Positions 10,871 through 19,823 of a stretch of 64,000 nucleotides of DNA are shown in pieces. This DNA is from Bacteroidota bacterium (lineage in GTDB: Bacteria > Bacteroidota > Ignavibacteria > UBA10030). The stretch covers positions 589 through 64,588 of the forward strand of contig DATJYV010000029.1 in the NCBI GenBank assembly GCA_035499415.1. The letters are read 5' to 3'. The notes under the pieces were generated by a model. It was not told the DNA's origin. It searched no databases and was given only the letters and a program-made list of their open reading frames with translations. The translations under genes were made by a program, and so were the position numbers. Position 1 is the first letter of the stretch. Each line of letters begins with the position of its first letter.

Positions 10871-10958
10871 TGCCTCCCTTGTTTCGCAGTATCGCTCCTG
10901 CGTACAAGAACAGGAGGCACCGTCATGGTGCCTCCCATTCAGTGAAATCAGTGGAACA

Positions 10959-12713
10959 TCACTTCAGCAGCATCATTTTTTGCGTGAGGCGCTTTCCGCT
11001 TTGTTCCAGCGAATAGAGATAGACCCCGCTCGCGAGGTTGGACATGTCGACCTTCACGGTGTACGTGCCCGCCGCCTGGCTTTCGCCGTTGACGATCGTC
11101 TTCACGAGCTGACCCAGGACGTTATAGACCTTGAGTGTCGTGGCGCCCGAAGCGTTCAGCGTGTAGCGAATGTTCGTGCTCGGATTAAACGGATTCGGAT
11201 ATGCCGGGGAGAGAGAGAATTCCGCCGGAATGACCGTCTGATGCGGGGTTTCGACTCCGGTCAGACCGTTGAACCAGAAGGGGTCGCCAATCGGAAGTCC
11301 GTCCGTGGCGCCGTTCTTGACCGTCGTGTTCGAATACTTCATGTCGTTCGCTTCCGGCAGGGGCCAGGTCGGCGTCCAGTTCGCGGCGTTCGAGACCTGA
11401 GTGAGATCGTAGCCGTACACTTGCGTCGTACCCAGACCGCTTCTCACCTGCGTGAACCAGTTCAGCAGGCCGACGCCGTTCACATTCCCCGCTCCGGCAT
11501 TCAGGGCGCCGGTGATCGACGCTCCGTATCCGGGGTCAAGGTTCTGATTTCCGGATTGGGTGAACCCGGGCCAGGTTGTATGGTCGGTAAACATGTTCGT
11601 CGTCCGCGCGTTCATCCAGGTCACGGTGTAGATCGAGTCGACGTGCGCAGTGTCGTCCCAGGTCGTCCAGAAGTTCGTCAACGCCGTGGGCCAGAAGTAG
11701 AAGTTGTTCTTCACTTCCACGACGCGGAGTTTTTCCGCCGCTGTGTCAACAAGCCCGTTCGTCACTTTCGGTAATCCCGGCTTCCAGGCAACAACCTTTG
11801 CCGAATCGAGCCAGTCGAAATCGATGATCGAGCCGACCGCGGGCGACCAGAGCTGGTCCCACCACGGGTATTCGGTCTTGTTGATACCGCCTGCCCAGGC
11901 ACCGTAGAAGATATTGTTGTCGATCTTGGCCGTCGTGAGATTGAAGATAAAGAAAGGATTCTTAAAGGTGTAGACGATGCTATTGTGCGAGAAGTCGAAG
12001 TAGTTCACGAGCGCCGTTGTCACCGGGCATGCCGCATACCCGCTCACGCAGAGCATCGTGTTGTACTTCATGAGGAGGGTGTCCGTCGGGAACTTGCCGT
12101 TATAGTTCTCGTTCCGGATGACTTCTCCCACGTACCACTGGTTTGGCTGGGTCGTCATATTTCGGAACTTGCAGTTCGTGATGAAGAACTTGTCCCAGTT
12201 CCCGTCATAGCCAATCGCGAACTGTGACCACTGCTCGAACACGACATTATCGGCCGCGAAACGGATGCTGTCGCCCGATACCTGCACCGCCTGTCCCGAA
12301 CCGTAGTTCACGACGTTGTTGATCGCGATGCCGAGGAGATACAGATTCTTGAACAGGACGCTTGTGTGAGTCCCCGTAAAGGTCGTAAATACGCCGGGGA
12401 TGGAGGCATCTCCGAGAACGTCCGGTTGAATGCACGGGAGTTTTCCCGTTCCCGCGGCCGGAACGCCCCAGAGGGTGAAGTTTTCCTTCGACGTGATGGT
12501 CGCGTCAAAGATGTAGGTGGTGTCGGTGGACACCAGTTTGTAGAAATGGTGCGACCGCGTTCCGTTCGAAAGGGTGTCTCCACCGATTACCACGTCGATG
12601 GTCGGACCCTTCGCATAAACGAGCAGCGTATCGCCGGATGCGAGCATTCTTCCCGGCGCGAGGGCGATTGCCGCGATCGCGATGAGAATTGCTGCGGTGA
12701 ATACGTGTTTCAT
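10959..12713 (-). CDS. T9SS-secreted protein, probable right-handed beta-helix, Trp-rich; function unknown (candidate glycan-binding or -degrading surface protein)
   Basis: Signal peptide. Repetitive N/V/G-rich strands suggestive of parallel beta-helix coils. C-terminal T9SS domain (YPNPFNPSTNIRYTL...GVYLYSLEQSGKRLTQKMMLLK). Confidence 0.5.
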   Translation of the reverse strand: MKHVFTAAILIAIAAIALAPGRMLASGDTLLVYAKGPTIDVVIGGDTLSNGTRSHHFYKLVSTDTTYIFDATITSKENFTLWGVPAAGTGKLPCIQPDVLGDASIPGVFTTFTGTHTSVLFKNLYLLGIAINNVVNYGSGQAVQVSGDSIRFAADNVVFEQWSQFAIGYDGNWDKFFITNCKFRNMTTQPNQWYVGEVIRNENYNGKFPTDTLLMKYNTMLCVSGYAACPVTTALVNYFDFSHNSIVYTFKNPFFIFNLTTAKIDNNIFYGAWAGGINKTEYPWWDQLWSPAVGSIIDFDWLDSAKVVAWKPGLPKVTNGLVDTAAEKLRVVEVKNNFYFWPTALTNFWTTWDDTAHVDSIYTVTWMNARTTNMFTDHTTWPGFTQSGNQNLDPGYGASITGALNAGAGNVNGVGLLNWFTQVRSGLGTTQVYGYDLTQVSNAANWTPTWPLPEANDMKYSNTTVKNGATDGLPIGDPFWFNGLTGVETPHQTVIPAEFSLSPAYPNPFNPSTNIRYTLNASGATTLKVYNVLGQLVKTIVNGESQAAGTYTVKVDMSNLASGVYLYSLEQSGKRLTQKMMLLK

Positions 12714-12882
12714 GATATCTCTCCTGTGGATGATTGATGTTCGGATACATTACCACACTCTGTACTTCCACTCGAACTGCTCCGGATCACCTCCCTTCCG
12801 CGTTTCTCCGATGGATCGGTTCATGGATATCGTTGATTAGATTCGCTTCATCTTGGGAATTATTCCATGCGTCGACGATCGG

Positions 12883-15800
12883 TCAGAACTCCAGCCGCAG
12901 CCCCAGGTCGCCGGACAAACCGTACAGTTGCTCCGACTGCGGGTATCCGGCGGGGATCACGCTGGCGTCCCTGGCGCCGTTTATATTATTGATGTCGCCG
13001 TACACCTGGAGTCCGGTCCACGGAAGCTTCTGCTTGACCGAGATGTCCCAGCGCCGATAGCTTGAGGTGGTCGTCCGCAACTGCGGCCAGTAATTGGGGC
13101 CGGTGAAAATATCTGCCTGGTACAGCATCGACGCGCGTATAGAGAATCCTTCAAAATCGTATCCGACCGAAAAGTTCACGATGTCATTCGGCTGGTCAAG
13201 GAGGCGGTCGGTAAATGACGTATCGACGTAAATCAATTGGCGGCCGTTTCTTTCCGTATTCGTGTAAGGATATTGCGCCTTGGAGTACGTGTGCGTGTAG
13301 TTGATATTCAGGACGAGCCCGTCGAACGGATGCGGAAGGTACCAGAAGTGCGTCTGCCAATCTGCTTCAAGACCCCAATCGTTCACCTTGTAGGGATCGT
13401 TCACATACGTCGCAATGCTGTAAACGCCGTTCGGCGGTGAAGAAACCGGACCCGGGGGAAGATATGCGAGCGCCGCCGTGTCGCTCACGTTGAATGTCCA
13501 TTGGTAGATGAGGTTGTCGATCTGCTTGAAGAATCCCCCCACCGTGAACAGTCCGATGCTGTTCTCGTAGAAGGAGAGATAGACATCGTAGTTGCGGGAC
13601 CGGGAAGGAACGAGATTCGTATTGTTCCACGATATCGCGTTCCCGGTTGAGACATCGATGCGCGGCACGATGGCAATGTAGTCCGGGTATGCGAGGGTGT
13701 TCGAGTAGGAGAGTCGGACGTCGAACCAGGAAAGCGGTTTGTAGCGGAGGGAGACATCGGGAAGCCAATACGGGTGGTCGACCGTGATCGTGGTATCGTA
13801 ATGCGAGTAGGCGCCGCCGGTGGCCGATGCCGTCGTCTGGTATCCGCGTGGAGCCGTGTAGCTTGTCCGGAGGTCCTGGTAGCGAATCCCCGGGATGATC
13901 GTAATGTCCGATCCGAGAGCGAGGGTTGCCATGACGTAACCCGCCCCCTGATTCTCGTGCCCGCTGTAGTTGTTCGTGGTCGACGAATAATCGGAATGGA
14001 AATACGCGATCGCATCATTCTGGGCGATCAAATCCGCGCTGTTCCGAACGTAGTTCGCCATATCGGCGACCATGGGAAAGTCGAGCGGAAGGACCATGGG
14101 AAAATCGCCGTTCAGGAATTTTCCGTAGCTGAAATGCGGGTCCACAAACGGGGTGATCGGGATGCTTGTCGTCCCCGCGTACGGAGCCGTCGATGGAAAG
14201 TGTGTTGCGATGAGGTTGTCGACGTACCGCGCGCTTGCGAGACCAAGTCCCTGGCCGCTGAACTGGTCGTAAATGTATGAGCGCGTCTGATAGCGATACT
14301 TTCCGCCCGCCTTAAGCGTGGCATTGGCGACATCCCACAGGTTGACATTCGTCTCGAGGTCCAGAGACCCCGCGAAAGCCCGCTCCCGCGAGAAGCTGCT
14401 CGAGCTCACAAGGGAGCCAAGATACGTGGCATTGGTATCGTCGTTTGCCGCCTGGGCGACATACCTCGGATTGAGATTGATGACATTCGTGTACTGATTG
14501 AACCCCGCGGACGCCTGTTGAAACCCCACGGTCCAATCGCCCGGGTTCTTTGTCTCGGTATAGGCATGCGAAAACTTTGCATTGATATGAAGAGGGTCGA
14601 GCTGCTGGTCGACCGTCAATGCATTCGTCAGGATGTTCGTCGTGCTTCTCGAATAGGCCAGAGAGTACTGGTGGAGATTATCCGCAACGTCGAGAAATTC
14701 TCCGCGATTCTGGATATTTGTTGTCCCCCCGCTGCCAAAATTCATGAACGTGATTTTCCCGTCGGGAATTCGATAATCCAGCAGGAGCGTGCCGTTCGTG
14801 CGCTGGCGATCCCGCGAGATGTCGTTGAGGTTCAACCCTTTCGTGATGAAGTTGACGTAGTCCCCCGGGTGGTCAAATGAGCCGCCGTATTCGTTCGATG
14901 AGAGATTGCGCCTCTCAAGGTCCGCCTGTGCGAAGATGCCAAGAGACTGATCGTCAAAGAGTCGTCCTTCCACGCTTCCGACGTACTTGTAGTTGTTGTA
15001 CGGCAGGCTTGCGTCGGAAAGTCCGGTGTATCCCCCTTCCGCGAGAACACTGAACCCAAGCCCCGCGGCCCCCTCGCGTCCGGCGCCGGCTTCGCGTAAC
15101 TTGAAGTTCACCGTTCCGCCGAGCACGTCTCCATCCTGGTCGGCTGTCACGGTCTTTGAAACTTCGATCCCCTCGAGCATGTACGGGGAGATCATACTGA
15201 GGTCGGAGCTCCGGTCACTCTCCCCCGACGACGTCATCCGAACACCGTCGACCATGATCGCGTTGTATTTCGGCTGTAATCCCCGGACCACCACTTCTGT
15301 CCCTTCACCGCCGTTGCGGAGGACAAAAATTCCCGGGAGACGGCCGACCGCTTCCGCCGCGTTCGCATCGGGGAGTTCCTGGATGCGCGCAGCCGAAACG
15401 ACATTGACGATCCGGTCCGAAGCAAGCTGTTCGTTGATCGCCTCCTTTTGCCCCTTTGCCTGTGCGGTCACGATCACTTCCTGTCCTTCGATCGCGACGG
15501 GGTCGAGCTTGACGTCCAGGGATACATCGGCCCCCGCCTTGACTTCGGTCGGGAGCTCAAGGGTCTTGTAGCCCACATACGCGAACCGAATGGTGTAGGA
15601 ACCCGGCGGGACGTCGCGAATCGCATACTTTCCTTCTTCGTCCGTCGCCATGCCAAAACTCGTCCCCTCCAGCTGCACAGCGGCGGAAAAGAGCGGCTCT
15701 CCGGACACCGCATCCCGGACGCGTCCCGAGATCGTGGGGTTCGACCCCGCTTTTGCACCGGCGACGGCACAGAGCGTCGCACAAAGAATCAACATCAATA

Positions 15801-15903
15801 CTCCACCGCACATGCTCCGGCTGCGCGGGCCGATGCCTCCGCGGTTTTCCATGTTGGGTCGCTTGTCATTCATTCGTGACATAGGCGTTCTTTCAGACTG
15901 CAA
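12883..15903 (-). CDS. TonB-dependent outer-membrane receptor with N-terminal carboxypeptidase-regulatory-like domain (SusC-like architecture, no SusD partner)
   Basis: The CarbopepD_reg-like segment (ISGRVRDAVSGEPLFSAAVQLEGT...KYAIRDVPPGSYTIRFAYVGY), the plug region and a long barrel ending in the terminal F (GLRLEF) are typical of TBDRs. The real start is probably the M at about 15810 (MCGGVLMLILC...). Confidence 0.85.
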   Translation of the reverse strand: MQSERTPMSRMNDKRPNMENRGGIGPRSRSMCGGVLMLILCATLCAVAGAKAGSNPTISGRVRDAVSGEPLFSAAVQLEGTSFGMATDEEGKYAIRDVPPGSYTIRFAYVGYKTLELPTEVKAGADVSLDVKLDPVAIEGQEVIVTAQAKGQKEAINEQLASDRIVNVVSAARIQELPDANAAEAVGRLPGIFVLRNGGEGTEVVVRGLQPKYNAIMVDGVRMTSSGESDRSSDLSMISPYMLEGIEVSKTVTADQDGDVLGGTVNFKLREAGAGREGAAGLGFSVLAEGGYTGLSDASLPYNNYKYVGSVEGRLFDDQSLGIFAQADLERRNLSSNEYGGSFDHPGDYVNFITKGLNLNDISRDRQRTNGTLLLDYRIPDGKITFMNFGSGGTTNIQNRGEFLDVADNLHQYSLAYSRSTTNILTNALTVDQQLDPLHINAKFSHAYTETKNPGDWTVGFQQASAGFNQYTNVINLNPRYVAQAANDDTNATYLGSLVSSSSFSRERAFAGSLDLETNVNLWDVANATLKAGGKYRYQTRSYIYDQFSGQGLGLASARYVDNLIATHFPSTAPYAGTTSIPITPFVDPHFSYGKFLNGDFPMVLPLDFPMVADMANYVRNSADLIAQNDAIAYFHSDYSSTTNNYSGHENQGAGYVMATLALGSDITIIPGIRYQDLRTSYTAPRGYQTTASATGGAYSHYDTTITVDHPYWLPDVSLRYKPLSWFDVRLSYSNTLAYPDYIAIVPRIDVSTGNAISWNNTNLVPSRSRNYDVYLSFYENSIGLFTVGGFFKQIDNLIYQWTFNVSDTAALAYLPPGPVSSPPNGVYSIATYVNDPYKVNDWGLEADWQTHFWYLPHPFDGLVLNINYTHTYSKAQYPYTNTERNGRQLIYVDTSFTDRLLDQPNDIVNFSVGYDFEGFSIRASMLYQADIFTGPNYWPQLRTTTSSYRRWDISVKQKLPWTGLQVYGDINNINGARDASVIPAGYPQSEQLYGLSGDLGLRLEF

Positions 15904-17122
15904 TGCGATAGTCGGTGAACACGTACCCGATGATGAGGGATGCAGCCCCGAGGAGCGATGGAATCTCGGTCAGCGAGCTCGGGAGAACCTGGGCCGGTGT
16001 ATGGTGGCGCAATCTCGTATTTTTCTCCACACTCTGGGCGATGACGGGACGGAAGATATCCCATGCGAGCTTCGGCGTCCCCGCGACGATGACGGCTTCG
16101 GGGTCAAACGCTTTTACGAGGTTCGCGATGCCGATCCCTGCGTAGTGCGCAGCTTCGGACAACGTTTCCCGGGCTTCCGCCTCTCCGTTGTTCGATGCAC
16201 GAAGAACGTCCTCAATCGTCGTTGGCGCAGGACGGCCTGGTGCTTTCCCCTTTCGGGAAAGATAGCTGTCGATGATCGCGGCATCCGACGCGTACGCTTC
16301 CCAACAGCCACGACTTCCGCAGACGCACGGCCGCCCTCCCTCGACAAGTGTCATGTGACCCAACTCTCCCGCGGCGTGGGAGTATCCGTTGAGGATCCGG
16401 CCATGGATCGTTGCACCGACGCCGATACCGACGCCGAACGAAACGAAGACCAGGTCGTTCGAAGGAAGGTCGTGCGTCCCCAACAGGAGTTCTGCCAGAG
16501 CCGACGCTTTGGCGTCGTTCTCTGCGGACACGATCTCGACATCCGCGAGTTGCTCGCGGACCAGAGCTTCGAGGTCTACCCCCTCCCAATTCAGATTCAT
16601 CGAATAAACAACGCGCGCCTGTGAAGCATCGACGATCCCGGCCACCGTCACGCCGATTCCACGGAATTGGTGCGTTCCGACCGAGGCACGCATCATCATC
16701 AATTTCTTCATGCTTCGGCCGATAAGATCCCTCGGCGTGTCGGACTGCGTGGAGAGCTCGGAGCGGGCGCGAACCGTGCCGTCGATGTCGACGATGGCGA
16801 TGCTCGTCGTCGGCGAGTTTAGGGAGATGGCGCCCACGAAATGACGGCCTTGCCGTACAGTGAGGTTTCTGGGATTCCGGCCGATCGCTTTTCGGAGGTC
16901 GGGGGACTCTGCAAGCAATTGCTCTTCAATCAGGGTTGCAACGATATCAGAGACGGTGCTCTTGTTCAATCGGGTGATGTCGGAGATTTTTGTTCGGGAG
17001 ATTGGTTGATGCTGGCGAACGGAGTTGAGGATGATCGCGCGATTGATGTCTCGGGCGACCTTGGAATTGATCCGGGTTATGCGCTCGTGCCTTGGCTTTC
17101 TTTGGCGAACGAGGGACTTCAT
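15893..17122 (-). CDS. ROK-family transcriptional regulator (NagC/Mlc-like)
   Basis: N-terminal winged HTH (ILNSVRQHQPISRTKISDITRLNKSTVSDIV) followed by a ROK sugar-kinase-like domain with a Cys/His zinc motif (CVCGSRGCWE). Confidence 0.8.
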   Translation of the reverse strand: MKSLVRQRKPRHERITRINSKVARDINRAIILNSVRQHQPISRTKISDITRLNKSTVSDIVATLIEEQLLAESPDLRKAIGRNPRNLTVRQGRHFVGAISLNSPTTSIAIVDIDGTVRARSELSTQSDTPRDLIGRSMKKLMMMRASVGTHQFRGIGVTVAGIVDASQARVVYSMNLNWEGVDLEALVREQLADVEIVSAENDAKASALAELLLGTHDLPSNDLVFVSFGVGIGVGATIHGRILNGYSHAAGELGHMTLVEGGRPCVCGSRGCWEAYASDAAIIDSYLSRKGKAPGRPAPTTIEDVLRASNNGEAEARETLSEAAHYAGIGIANLVKAFDPEAVIVAGTPKLAWDIFRPVIAQSVEKNTRLRHHTPAQVLPSSLTEIPSLLGAASLIIGYVFTDYRIAV

Positions 17123-17216
17123 TTGACGACGATCAGTTCTAATTGGTTGGGAAGATTAACTTACTAACTCTACATGAAACAGATCGTCCCAAGAATGGGC
17201 TGGGTGAAGACAATTA

Positions 17217-17243
17217 ATTAGTTTGTTGACAGAACCAACTAAT
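17217..17243. promoter_or_regulatory. Perfect 7-bp inverted repeat ATTAGTT-N13-AACTAAT, overlapping a TTGACA hexamer; candidate ROK operator
   Basis: Read directly in the AT-richer intergenic region about 95 nt upstream of the ROK gene start (17122). ROK/NagC operators are AT-rich palindromes. Confidence 0.3.
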
Positions 17244-17502
17244 CGATGTTATGATTTTAACCCGTCCGTGTCAAGACAAAAATTGAGGCGTTTACCAAAT
17301 TTGCGAAAGCGCTTCCATGAACCGGCAACTTCAGCCTCTCCGCCAGAGCCAGTCCCTCTGAGGAAAAGGTCGATTCACACGGGTCCCAGTGCCGTCAGGA
17401 TTTTTGGGATGCGATTTTGGTGTTCAGCGGTGAGCGGTTACGCAAAGGAAGGGATGAAATATTTCGCCGCCCGACAGAGAATTCCTCTCGTTCATGCTAA
17501 AG

Positions 17503-18753
17503 CTAATTGTCGTCGATCAAGAGAGATGCTTGTATCGGCTGACGACGATTTTGCTGTGTTCGCGACGGTTTGAATAGATCGTAGAGGACAAGGCCGACTG
17601 CTCCGAGCAACACGCCATCACTCCCCAGCTTGGCGGGGACGATCTGCACTGCTTCCGCCGGCGCCGAGAGGACGTCGAACCGAACGCGATCCTGCACAAG
17701 TGCCGCCACCTTCGGGGAGCCCGCAAGTTTTCCCGCAAGCACGATCGTTTCCGGATTCAGAAGATTGATCAATTGAATACTGACCATGCTGATCAGCGAA
17801 GCCGCCTCGTCGACGATCTTCATGGCAATGGCTTCGCCCGCCGTGGCCGCGTCCACAATCTCGGCGGCGTCGCTTATCTTTCTTTGACCTCCGTGCCGCT
17901 GATACACCTCGATGAATCGATGGTCCGAAACGACACCGCCAAGATCCTCCTGGTCAGATATCAGGAGCGGGAAATCCCCGCTGCTTTTCAACGTGTGACC
18001 GAGTTCGTTGAAGCCGATCTCTCCGGCGCTCGATGTTACCCCTCGCATCAATCTCCCCTCTACCACAATCCCCGCGCCCACGCCGTCTCCCACAAACAGG
18101 CACACCTGATTCGGAATATATCTGCTTGCTCCGAACAGGAACTCTCCCACGGTCATGGCCTTCACATCGTTTTCCGCAAACGTCGGCAGGCCGAATTCGT
18201 CCTCAAAAAAGCGTTTAAGATTGACCTCCCGCCAGCTTTTCAGCGCGTCCGCGACACGCACCACCCCTTTCTCCTCGTCGATGACGCCCGGCATCCCAAT
18301 GCCGATGCCGACGGCCTTGGAAAAGTACTCCGGTTTCATCGTGCGCCACTGTCGCAATCCCCTTGTGATCCCGCCCAATACCACATCGGGGGAGCTGCCA
18401 ATCGGATATTCGATGCTCGTCCGCTGCTCCATCGCCGCATTCAGGTCGGTGATTGCCATTTGTGTCGACCGTAATTTTATGTCGACCCCGATCACGTACC
18501 GTGCGGAAGGATTGAAGCGAAGCAGTTGCCGTTTTCGCCCTCCCTTCACAGTCGAGCTGCCGGCCCCGACATTTTTCAAGTACCCATGCCGCAACAGGCG
18601 CCCCACGAGCCAACTCACGGTCGTTTTCGACAACCCCAGGATTTGCGCGAGCTCTACGCGCGAAATTGTACTGTAATCTCGAACGACGCGAAGAATTCTG
18701 AATTCGTTCGGTTCGTTCACATTCATGCGTTGTCGTTTGCCGGAGGTATTCAT
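17503..18753 (-). CDS. ROK-family transcriptional regulator (second copy)
   Basis: HTH (ILRVVRDYSTISRVELAQILGLSKTTVSWLV) plus ROK domain. The longest ORF starts at 18819; the start was trimmed to MNTSGK or MNVNEP. Confidence 0.75.
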   Translation of the reverse strand: MNTSGKRQRMNVNEPNEFRILRVVRDYSTISRVELAQILGLSKTTVSWLVGRLLRHGYLKNVGAGSSTVKGGRKRQLLRFNPSARYVIGVDIKLRSTQMAITDLNAAMEQRTSIEYPIGSSPDVVLGGITRGLRQWRTMKPEYFSKAVGIGIGMPGVIDEEKGVVRVADALKSWREVNLKRFFEDEFGLPTFAENDVKAMTVGEFLFGASRYIPNQVCLFVGDGVGAGIVVEGRLMRGVTSSAGEIGFNELGHTLKSSGDFPLLISDQEDLGGVVSDHRFIEVYQRHGGQRKISDAAEIVDAATAGEAIAMKIVDEAASLISMVSIQLINLLNPETIVLAGKLAGSPKVAALVQDRVRFDVLSAPAEAVQIVPAKLGSDGVLLGAVGLVLYDLFKPSRTQQNRRQPIQASLLIDDN

Positions 18754-19048
18754 GAATTGCTTACGCTGTTTACCATCCTCTTCATTATCAATGCAAGGCA
18801 GCCCGGAACATAACGGCAAAAAATAATTGGCGGTACCTTTGTGATCACGACGTGCATCCGCGGAATTGCTCCACCTCTAATTCATTTGTTATCAAGAATT
18901 TATGAGGAATCGGGCAGAAGTGCAATTAGCTGCCGGCGTCCCGGAAATAGGGGGGATTCCATCTGCGTCTGCCGCATGATGATCTTTTTGCGCTGGTGAC
19001 TTCACACAAACTCTCTTATTTTGGTGCATTCGCTCTGGAGGAACGAGA

Positions 19049-19690
19049 ATGGGACGTATTCAAATCCGCCTTGGCATGCTCGCCGCCATCGTGTCGCTCA
19101 CGCTTATCGTATCGTGCGAAAGTTCGAGACTCTCGAACATTTGGTGGGATCGCTCGTTCACGAGCGGCCCCCTGACAAAGATCATGGTGATTGCCGTAAA
19201 GCGCAACGCAATCCATCGAAGAATTTGGGAGGATGGGCTGGCAGATGAACTTTCCAAGCATTCGCTCGTCGTCACTCCTTCGTATCGCACGTTCCCGACG
19301 GATGTTCCCGACACCGGGCAGGTTTCCGCTGCCCTGCGGGAAGGGAAGTTCGACGCCGTCCTGGTCGTCACCAAACTCCCCACCCAGACGCTGACCTCCA
19401 CTGAACCCGGTTACACCACGAGAACCCCCGTTTATGCCTATAATGCCTGGCGCAACAGTTACTCCGTCTCGTACGACCGGGAGTATCACAGCCCGACAAC
19501 GGATACGTCGCGAGTCGTCCGCCATCAGATCGACCTCTGGTCGGCCATCGAAACCGGCCGGCTGATCTGGTCCGGCATCGGCGAAGTCCTCGACCCCAGC
19601 TCCGTCCAGGATGTGAAGAGCGAAATATCCCAACTGATTGCCCCCGAGCTGGAATTACACGGAATCATCCCCCCTGTCAAAAAGCATTAG
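19049..19690 (+). CDS. Lipoprotein of unknown function
   Basis: Signal peptide with lipobox LIVSC. GGAGG RBS upstream of the ATG. No recognisable catalytic motif. Confidence 0.5.
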   Translation: MGRIQIRLGMLAAIVSLTLIVSCESSRLSNIWWDRSFTSGPLTKIMVIAVKRNAIHRRIWEDGLADELSKHSLVVTPSYRTFPTDVPDTGQVSAALREGKFDAVLVVTKLPTQTLTSTEPGYTTRTPVYAYNAWRNSYSVSYDREYHSPTTDTSRVVRHQIDLWSAIETGRLIWSGIGEVLDPSSVQDVKSEISQLIAPELELHGIIPPVKKH

Positions 19691-19823
19691 CGTGCGCCGT
19701 GAGGGGTTCCCGGTGAGCCGGCGACCGATGAGAAATGTCGCGGCGTCCCTCATCTCGTCGCGCGGGAGCGGTGTCGGATCGAAGCACATCGCACCGGACC
19801 TTCGGCCTTTCTGAGGTTCGCTC

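Noticed and set aside
15650-16624. 324-aa plus-strand ORF over the ROK regulator
   Set aside because: Antisense artefact. The ROK ORF has HTH, sugar-kinase fold and Zn motif.
17223-17573. 116-aa ORF in the spacer between the two ROK genes
   Set aside because: No RBS, odd composition, and it lies in the AT-rich regulatory spacer containing promoter-like and operator-like elements. More likely non-coding.
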